A DNA stretch of 39,193 nucleotides from Candidatus Doudnabacteria bacterium (GTDB lineage Bacteria; Patescibacteriota; Doudnabacteria; UBA920; O2-02-FULL-48-8): assembly GCA_016198045.1 (NCBI GenBank), contig JACQJI010000005.1, positions 1 to 39,193 of the forward strand, read 5' to 3'. Shown one piece after another: positions 1-6,473 of the stretch (the stretch's first letter is position 1; each line of letters begins with the position of its first letter). The position numbers and the translations under genes are program-made. The notes beneath the pieces were generated by a model that was not told the origin of the DNA, made no database searches, and saw nothing but the letters and a program-made list of their open reading frames with translations.

Positions 1-3000
1 ATTTTTGGTGGCGCTGTTTTAATTCTGCTGCTGGCCGGATTTGCCGCGGCTGGCAAACTGCCTGCTCTCAAAGTTTCGCTGATGCAGTCCTTTGCTTCCG
101 AAGACGAGCAGTTTATCGCCAAAGCGCAAGCGCTTTCAGAAGAAGAAAAACAGACCCTTTCGGATTTGATTACTCACAACCAAAAAGTCTTGACCTTGTC
201 CGAAGAAATCAAAACCTTGACCGGCAAAGACCGGCAAGAAGCAATCGCGGAAATTAAGCAAGCCGCGAAAGATAGAAAAACCAAGCTGGCCGACGCGATC
301 AAAACGCATCCCAAAATAGCGGCTCTGGCGACTCTGGAAAAAGAGCATATTGCCCAACTGCCCGCGGAAGTTAAGCAGGACGTAGAGCAACCAGTGAGTT
401 TCTCAAATGTCCGCATCGAAATTTTTCACACTGATGATTTCAAAAACAAGACCGGCAAAGAAGAATACTTTATCAAAAGTAGTGGGAAACAAATTCCTTT
501 GGTTCTGGCAGGATCTCCACCCGCGCGTTCTGGAGCAGTGGCCAACATTCAAGGTGTCCAGTTTGAAGGCACAGTGCTTGCCGGCGGCGGGGGAGGCGGC
601 GGCGGCGGTGGGCCAGTCCCTCCTATTCAGACGCCTGATTCAGTTGGCGAACAGAAGCTGCTGGTTATTTTGGTAAATTTTACTGACTCGGCTCCAGTTC
701 CTTTTACGAAAGAAGAGGCAGAGACGATTATTTTTGCCGAAGCAATTCAGGGATATTACAAAGAGGCCTCTTATGGCCAGGCCTTCCTAGGCGGTGACGT
801 GATCGGCTGGTATAATCTGCCGCGCAGTGGCATAAACGGGTATGGTTATTGCCAAGACCCGATCTTCTATCCAGAGATCCCTGAAATTGATGAAATCTAT
901 AAGTTGATCAAATCAGATGTTACTGTTGCTAACTACGATCGAGTTGTAATCGTACCGAACCATACTTGCATGGGCGGCGGGTTTGCATCTGTCGGGAAAT
1001 GGGCATATAACCTTGATGGAACAGAAAAGATGTTGTCAATTGCCCAGGTTGGCGCAACTAATTCTCAAAGCCAGATGAATCATCCTTTTGATTTTGACTT
1101 CTTTGACCTCGTTTTTATCCATGAGCTGGGGCATAATTTGGAGGCTTGGCATGCCAACACTTGGGAATGTGGGACCAATAAAGTGCTGTATGGCCCGTGC
1201 AACCATTATGAATATGGCAATGGTTATGACGTCATGGGAAGCGGTAATTTGGCTTTGCACTTTAACGCTTACTATAAAGATTTATTTGGTTGGCTTAATG
1301 GTGCTATGACAACAATTAGCAAGTCCGGAACTTATACCTTAAACGCCATTGAATCACAATCAGGAATGCGCGGGGCCAAAATTCAAATCGGCAACAGCGC
1401 GCCGTTTTATCTGGAATATCGCCAGCCGATCGGTTTTGACACCCAGCTAGCTTCTGTTAACCCTCCCTACAATACCAAAGGTTTATTTATCAACTGGATA
1501 CAAGAATGGCGGCCGGGCACTCGTTTGTTGGACGGCAGTCCGTCTTCTGCCACTGATTTTTTGGATTGGAATAATGCCGTGTTTCCAGGCAAGAAAAAGT
1601 ATGTTGATCAAACTCGGGGTGTGACTATTGGACCAGTCACTAAAGTAGATAATCAACAGATTACATTTAAAGTCAACTTAACCGCCCCGGCATGCCAGCA
1701 AAACAAGCCAAACGTGGAGTCTTATCCCTCCAGCCAGTTTCCATATTATGCCTATCCCGGGTCAATTAATTGGCATTCATTTAGCGTTCAAAACCTGGAC
1801 AGCCCTGGATGCCCCAATTCTTTGTTCAAAGTCAACGCAACCACACCGGAAGGGTGGCTATACCAAAATGTCGAAGGCAAGATAGCAAAAAAGTCATTTT
1901 ATTTGTCGCCGGAGAACTATCCAGTTTGGTTTAATTTCCAAGTCAAAGTGCCGGAAGATGTCCTGCCGGGGACCTATGAAGTCAAAACGGTAGTTAATAA
2001 TTTAACTAACGGCAAAAGCACGACTCAAACTGTCCAGTACATCATTGATCAAAGCTTTGGCCCACAAGTCATAGTTATCAATCCATCAGCAGGCGCGCAG
2101 CTGGTCGCAGGCAAGAAAACCACTGTTGCTTGGCAGACGAACAAAAATGTCCGCGGAGCCAAAATGGACCTTAAGCTTGGGGGAGAGAACTCTGTTTCCA
2201 ATATTGTCCTTAATCAAGCTCCTAATGGCAGTTTTTCCTGGACTGTGCCCAAGGAGACCAAAGAAGCCAGCAACTACTACGTCATAGCCGACCTGAAAAA
2301 GAATAACAAGATTGTGTCTTCTGGCAGAAGCGGAATATTCAGCATTACCAAAGACAAAACTACGCCGGCAGTGACAGTCACTTCTCCCAATGGCGGGGAA
2401 GTGTGGATCAAAGGAAACATTCATCCTATAACGTGGATCCGCAACTGGATGCCCACAGGCGCCGGCGGAAAAGTTAATGTTTATCTGCGCGGAGGCGGCA
2501 GACAGGACAATGAATTGATTGCTCAAGGCGTATCAGACCCTCAACTACGATGGCAAGTGCCGGAAAGTGCGCAGGCGGCAAACGATTATGTGATTACGGT
2601 TATTTCGCAGGGAACAGGCAGTGTTCTTTCTGACTCAAGCGACAGCTACTTTGAGATTATTCCTTCCAGCTCTGCCGTAAGCGCGCTTAGCTTGCCCATG
2701 GATTCCGCGATCAAAATCGATTCTCCCAATGGTTTGGAAGTGCTGAATGGGGAGGCAAAAATTGGCTATTCGATTTCCGGCTATGAGCCGGCAACTGAAT
2801 TGAAAATGGTTGTACTGCTTACGCAAAACGGCCAAGTCTTGGGACGGATTGCCAAAGATCCGATAAGCGTTATCGCGGGGTCAAAGAGCTTGGACTGGCA
2901 ATCCGGCAAATACTATGCGGTGGACGGGACCGAATCCAAAGCGTCTGGCATTGGCTTTAAGCTTCGACTCATGATCTATTATGGTGATTTGTTGGTCGGC

Positions 3001-3036
3001 AACGACGACAGCGATTACGTGTTTAGTATTTTTTGA
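1..3036 (+). CDS. exported zinc metalloprotease (metzincin/gametolysin-like HExxH) with C-terminal Ig-like repeats; 5'-partial
   Basis: ORF 82..3036. The frame stays open back to nt 1 and encodes a hydrophobic anchor (IFGGAVLILLLAGFAAAG), so the true start is probably outside the window. Contains the HELGHNLEAWH motif, a Gly10 linker (583-612) and three ~90-aa C-terminal repeats of the SPNGGEVW type. Confidence 0.7.
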   Translation: MFGGAVLILLLAGFAAAGKLPALKVSLMQSFASEDEQFIAKAQALSEEEKQTLSDLITHNQKVLTLSEEIKTLTGKDRQEAIAEIKQAAKDRKTKLADAIKTHPKIAALATLEKEHIAQLPAEVKQDVEQPVSFSNVRIEIFHTDDFKNKTGKEEYFIKSSGKQIPLVLAGSPPARSGAVANIQGVQFEGTVLAGGGGGGGGGGPVPPIQTPDSVGEQKLLVILVNFTDSAPVPFTKEEAETIIFAEAIQGYYKEASYGQAFLGGDVIGWYNLPRSGINGYGYCQDPIFYPEIPEIDEIYKLIKSDVTVANYDRVVIVPNHTCMGGGFASVGKWAYNLDGTEKMLSIAQVGATNSQSQMNHPFDFDFFDLVFIHELGHNLEAWHANTWECGTNKVLYGPCNHYEYGNGYDVMGSGNLALHFNAYYKDLFGWLNGAMTTISKSGTYTLNAIESQSGMRGAKIQIGNSAPFYLEYRQPIGFDTQLASVNPPYNTKGLFINWIQEWRPGTRLLDGSPSSATDFLDWNNAVFPGKKKYVDQTRGVTIGPVTKVDNQQITFKVNLTAPACQQNKPNVESYPSSQFPYYAYPGSINWHSFSVQNLDSPGCPNSLFKVNATTPEGWLYQNVEGKIAKKSFYLSPENYPVWFNFQVKVPEDVLPGTYEVKTVVNNLTNGKSTTQTVQYIIDQSFGPQVIVINPSAGAQLVAGKKTTVAWQTNKNVRGAKMDLKLGGENSVSNIVLNQAPNGSFSWTVPKETKEASNYYVIADLKKNNKIVSSGRSGIFSITKDKTTPAVTVTSPNGGEVWIKGNIHPITWIRNWMPTGAGGKVNVYLRGGGRQDNELIAQGVSDPQLRWQVPESAQAANDYVITVISQGTGSVLSDSSDSYFEIIPSSSAVSALSLPMDSAIKIDSPNGLEVLNGEAKIGYSISGYEPATELKMVVLLTQNGQVLGRIAKDPISVIAGSKSLDWQSGKYYAVDGTESKASGIGFKLRLMIYYGDLLVGNDDSDYVFSIF

Positions 3037-4054
3037 GGAAAGATTTGATTAATTTCTCGGCTTGCTTTTGGCTCGTGATCCAATGAATTCTTTGGTCATG
3101 GTTAAACCAGGTCATTTGGCGCCTTGCAAACTGCCACTCGGCAGTTTTTATTTTTTGGATTAGTTCTGCTTTTTTGATGCTGTACCACTTTTTGCTCGAT
3201 CGAGCATTTTTTGGTACTCCCGGCCGTCGGGCGAGAAAGTCAGCAGCCAGCGCATAAGTAAGGCCTATTTGTTTGAGGCGCTTTAAAGCTATACCCGTGC
3301 TTAACATATGCTTAACTTCTTTCAGCAAGCCTTGCTTGAATCGTTGCTCGACGCGAGCAGCTATAAGTTTTCTGAGTTTCTTAGACGCTGGATTGAGTCC
3401 AATCATAATCACCCCACCCCCTCCTAGCCTCCCCCTCCCGTGATCGGGAGGAGGAGGAAAAGAAGATGGGCGTTTTTCAAAAGAGAAAACTGGTTCCTCC
3501 CCCTTGATGGGGGAGGTTAGGTAGGGGTGATCCAACGTTGGTACAGGTTTACCGGTGGCCTTGATAATCTCAAGTGCTCGGATCAGGCGCCTGGGATTAT
3601 GGCGATCAATGGTTTTGGCCCGCTGTGGATCCAGTTTTTTCAGCATTTTAAAAAGCTCTGTTGGGCTTTTTTTCTCCAGAGTTTTTCTCAATTTGAGATT
3701 CGGCTTGACTTTGGGGATTTGCAGATCATCCACCGCCGCGTAAATATAAAAAGGCGTGCCCCCGACCAGAAAGGGGACCTTGCCCTTATTCGTGATTTGC
3801 GCGGCCGCGCTTTTTACGTCGTGTTTAAAATCTGCTACGGAATACTGTCTTTTTGGGGACGCGATATCAATCAGGTGATGGGGGACAATTTTTTGTTCCT
3901 TTTTTGTCACCTTGCCTGTGCCAATATCCAAGTCTTTATAGACTTGCCTGGAATCAGCTGAAATTATCTCGCCATTAAATTTTTTAGCCAGTTTGATGGC
4001 CAGGGAGGATTTGCCAGAGGAGGTGGGGCCGAGGATAACTATAAATTTAGTCAT
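3023..4054 (-). CDS. miaA: tRNA dimethylallyltransferase MiaA carrying a ~40-aa in-frame insertion
   Basis: N-terminal P-loop ILGPTSSGKSSLAIKLAK, then SADSRQVYKDLDIGTGK and a C-terminal FARRQMTWF motif. Residues encoded by ~3409-3530 are atypical for the family. Confidence 0.9.
   Translation of the reverse strand: MTKFIVILGPTSSGKSSLAIKLAKKFNGEIISADSRQVYKDLDIGTGKVTKKEQKIVPHHLIDIASPKRQYSVADFKHDVKSAAAQITNKGKVPFLVGGTPFYIYAAVDDLQIPKVKPNLKLRKTLEKKSPTELFKMLKKLDPQRAKTIDRHNPRRLIRALEIIKATGKPVPTLDHPYLTSPIKGEEPVFSFEKRPSSFPPPPDHGRGRLGGGGVIMIGLNPASKKLRKLIAARVEQRFKQGLLKEVKHMLSTGIALKRLKQIGLTYALAADFLARRPGVPKNARSSKKWYSIKKAELIQKIKTAEWQFARRQMTWFNHDQRIHWITSQKQAEKLIKSFLKKY
3409..3530. repeat. GC-rich palindromic element (outer inverted repeat plus two hairpins) inside the miaA coding sequence
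   Basis: Outer arms TCACCCCACC / GGTAGGGGTGA. Hairpins at 3434-3451 (CCTCCCG-TGAT-CGGGAGG) and 3496-3516 (CCTCCCCC-TTGAT-GGGGGAGG). Confidence 0.75.
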
Positions 4055-4062
4055 AAGTTGTT

Positions 4063-4153
4063 GGGCATAGCGGCGAGTTAGGTTTTAAGTCATAGGTCTT
4101 TGGGTTTCAAAAACATAAAACTAAAACCCAAAGACCATACTCGCTGCTCTGCC
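4063..4153. repeat. long imperfect hairpin repeat (GGGCATAGCGGCGAGT family)
   Basis: GGGCATAGCGGCGAGT...ATAGGTCTTTGGGTTT pairs with AAACCCAAAGACCATACTCGCTGCTCTGCC. The end sequence recurs at 34451-34538. Confidence 0.7.
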
Positions 4154-4166
4154 TAAAAACTAATAA

Positions 4167-4310
4167 CTATTTCCGTTTTTTGATCTTTGCCAAAGCCATG
4201 CCAGAAAACTTAGATGGCCGCTTCAAAGACGCTCCGTGGACCTTCATCCGCGGGCGCTTTTTGAGTTCGCGTTTTTCTGCCCTTAGATTATGCTCGAGTT
4301 TTTTTCTCAT
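4167..4310 (-). CDS. hypothetical small, very basic protein (47 aa), below the ORF-track cutoff
   Basis: Hand translation: MRKKLEHNLRAEKRELKKRPRMKVHGASLKRPSKFSGMALAKIKKRK*. It lies between thrS and miaA on the same strand. No obvious SD. Confidence 0.3.
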   Translation of the reverse strand: MRKKLEHNLRAEKRELKKRPRMKVHGASLKRPSKFSGMALAKIKKRK

Positions 4311-4411
4311 GGCTATTATTGCAATGCTGAATTTAATTCAGCATCTCTATTATGATGAGATCCTGAATCGATCCCGGATCGGGGTCCGGGACAAGGTTCA
4401 GGATTGCGAAA

Positions 4412-6178
4412 CTAAAGACTTTTACTCTTGATTTCCTTTTCAATTTTATCTATAAACTTTTCGAGTTTTATGCTTCCCAGATCCTTTTGTCCGCGAGCTC
4501 GGACAGCCACAGATTTGGCTTTCATTTCTTTTTCTCCGACAATCAACATATACGGAACTTTCTGCATTTCCGCCTCACGGATTTTTTTGCCGATTGATTC
4601 GGGACGATTGTAAAAATCCACTCGGATATCGTTTTCTCGAAGTTCATCCACAATTTTTTGCGCGTATTTGACTTGTTTGTCTGAAATCGGCAGGACGGCC
4701 GCTTGGACAGGCGAGAGCCAGACCGGAAACGCTCCAGCATAGCGCTCGATTAGGAGAGCGATAATGCGTTCGACTGCGCCAATGGATGATCGATGCACAA
4801 CTATAGGTTCTTCATCAGCTCCTGACTCATTGGTATAGCTTAATTTAAACCTTTTGGGCATGACAAAATCATACTGCACTGTAAAGGCAGTATCTTCCTT
4901 GCCATTGACATTTTTCATCTGAATGTCAATCTTAGGTCCATAGAAAGCAGCTTCGTTTTCAGCTTCAAAAAATGGAGCTTTTCTCTTTTTCAGAACTTTC
5001 CTAAGAACCGCCTCGGCTTCGTCCCACGATTTATCATCCTTGAAGTATTTTTTGTCATCTTTGCGATTCCCCAGCGACAAGCGATACCGGTAGTCTGTGC
5101 CAAGCTTAAGTCCCAAAGTTTTGCAGACAAAATCAATTAAATCAAGCGCTCCGCTAATTTCCGCCTCGGCTTGCTGTTTGCGGGCAATTATATGGGCGTC
5201 AGCCAAGCAAAAAGTCCGTACCCGCATCAAGCCGCTTAATTCGCCCGACTGTTCGTAGCGATACAATTTCACAAGTTCGGCAATCCTCATGGGCAGCTCG
5301 CGGTAGCTATGATGCCTGGCAAGATATAACTCAAAGTGGTGCGGACAGCTCATGGGCCGCAGCATGAACTCGTCTTCTTCAATCTTGATTGGTGCGTACA
5401 TGGATTCTTTGTAGTATGGATAATGCCCGGATTTTTTGTATAAATCCAGCTTGGCAATATCAGGCGTGTAAACATGCAAATAGCCGCGCTTGATTTCTTC
5501 ATCCACTATAAATCTTTCCAATTCGCGTCGAATAACCGAACCCTTAGGCGTCCAGAGCGGCAAGCCGGTACCGACTGTGTCTGAAAAAACAAACAACTCT
5601 AGCTCTTTGCCCAGTTTTTTATGATCCCGCTTTTCCGCCTCCTCGCGCATTTTCAAATACGCTTCTAGTTCTGCCTTGCTTGGCCAGCAAGTGCCGTAGA
5701 TTCGCGTAAGCATCTGATTTTTTTCTGATCCGCGCCAGTAAGCGCCCGCCACAGACAAAAGCTTGAAGTGTTTGATCTCTTTTTTGGGATGTTTTAAATG
5801 GCCGCCGCGGCAAAGATCCAAAAACGATCCTTGCTTGGTCTCGGTAATAGTTTTGCCCTGGCCGGCAAACTCGTCGATTAGAGCAAGCTTATAAGGATTC
5901 CATGAAAAATCCATTTTGGCTTGTTTGACCGAAACTTCTCGGATTTGAAAATTATCCCACGTTTGCAGGATTTCATTCATGGTTTTTTCAATCCGCGGAA
6001 AGTCAGCTTCAGAAATTTTTGTGCCACCCATGTCGAAGTCTTGGTAAAAACCATTCTCAATCGACGGCCCAATGGCGTTTTTGGCCTGAGGCCAGAGCTT
6101 GACTACCGAGGCGGCCAAAAGATGCGCGCAGGAATGGCGCAGATTATTGAGATATTCTTGAGATTGTTCTTTTGGCAT
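4412..6178 (-). CDS. thrS: threonine--tRNA ligase (no N-terminal TGS domain)
   Basis: Editing-domain motif HSCAHLLA lies close to the N-terminus. Class II core motifs (FRLSYRELPMRIAE-like, HRSSIGAVERIIA) and an anticodon-binding C-terminus are present. 588 aa. Confidence 0.95.
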   Translation of the reverse strand: MPKEQSQEYLNNLRHSCAHLLAASVVKLWPQAKNAIGPSIENGFYQDFDMGGTKISEADFPRIEKTMNEILQTWDNFQIREVSVKQAKMDFSWNPYKLALIDEFAGQGKTITETKQGSFLDLCRGGHLKHPKKEIKHFKLLSVAGAYWRGSEKNQMLTRIYGTCWPSKAELEAYLKMREEAEKRDHKKLGKELELFVFSDTVGTGLPLWTPKGSVIRRELERFIVDEEIKRGYLHVYTPDIAKLDLYKKSGHYPYYKESMYAPIKIEEDEFMLRPMSCPHHFELYLARHHSYRELPMRIAELVKLYRYEQSGELSGLMRVRTFCLADAHIIARKQQAEAEISGALDLIDFVCKTLGLKLGTDYRYRLSLGNRKDDKKYFKDDKSWDEAEAVLRKVLKKRKAPFFEAENEAAFYGPKIDIQMKNVNGKEDTAFTVQYDFVMPKRFKLSYTNESGADEEPIVVHRSSIGAVERIIALLIERYAGAFPVWLSPVQAAVLPISDKQVKYAQKIVDELRENDIRVDFYNRPESIGKKIREAEMQKVPYMLIVGEKEMKAKSVAVRARGQKDLGSIKLEKFIDKIEKEIKSKSL

Positions 6179-6184
6179 AAATTT

Positions 6185-6283
6185 TTGCGCATCTGCGAGC
6201 GACCGAAAGGTCGCGTGGCAGTCTTTTTTGGGATTAGATTGCTTCGTCGTCCCGATTTCATCGGGACTCCTCGCAAATGCGTC
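6185..6283. repeat. palindromic element (outer stem plus two hairpins) in the thrS 5' UTR
   Basis: Outer arms TTGCGCATCTGCGAG / CTCGCAAATGCGTC. Inner hairpins GCGACC-GAAA-GGTCGC and GTCCCGAT-TTC-ATCGGGAC. Confidence 0.65.
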
Positions 6284-6291
6284 TCATTTTA

Positions 6292-6437
6292 AATAAAAAA
6301 GCCCAACCAGAGGATTCTGCTTGGGGTCCAGTTGTACAACCAGACGGTTCCACCCAATGCTTTCGCTTAATTTTCTGGCCTAACGGACCAGGTTCCGGAA
6401 GGCTCGGTGATGGTGAGCCACGTCTTAGCCTTCAATT
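6292..6437 (-). promoter_or_regulatory. T-box riboswitch leader (Thr) with intrinsic terminator, upstream of thrS
   Basis: On the minus strand the antiterminator reads TTGGG[TGGAACC]GTCTGGTT-GTAC-AACTGGAC-CCCAA: helix A1, a 7-nt UGGN-type bulge, then helix A2. The competing terminator is CCCAAGCAGA-ATCC-TCTGGTTGGG followed by C-TTTTTT (6292-6326). An upstream hairpin loop carries ACC-A (6401-6419). Confidence 0.75.
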
Positions 6438-6443
6438 GATATT

Positions 6444-6472
6444 ATTATATGCCAGACCTAAGTTTAAGACAA
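6444..6472 (-). promoter_or_regulatory. sigma70-type promoter for the thrS leader
   Basis: Minus strand reads TTGTCT, 17 nt, TATAAT. The -35 overlaps the dnaE stop region. Confidence 0.6.
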
Positions 6473-6473
6473 G

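Noticed and set aside
583-612. The Gly-codon tract (GGC/GGG/GGA run), and a similar one at 22817-22835, as phase-variable simple repeats.
   Set aside because: The tracts are imperfect mixtures of Gly codons rather than homopolymers or perfect microsatellites. They are in-frame linkers between domains, so there is no evidence for slippage.
4180-4431. An 83-aa + strand ORF between miaA and thrS.
   Set aside because: It runs antisense to the flanking operon, overlaps the thrS 3' end and repeat hairpins, and has low-complexity, non-protein-like composition. The minus-strand 47-aa basic ORF is a marginally better candidate.
6381-6420. The + strand string GGACCAGGTTCCGGAAGGCTCGG resembles the SRP (4.5S) RNA domain IV motif CCAGGUCCGGAAGGAAGCAGC.
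   Set aside because: The 3' side lacks the conserved GGAAGCA and no long closing helix is evident. The region is better explained as the upstream part of the minus-strand T-box leader of thrS, whose antiterminator and terminator are canonical.
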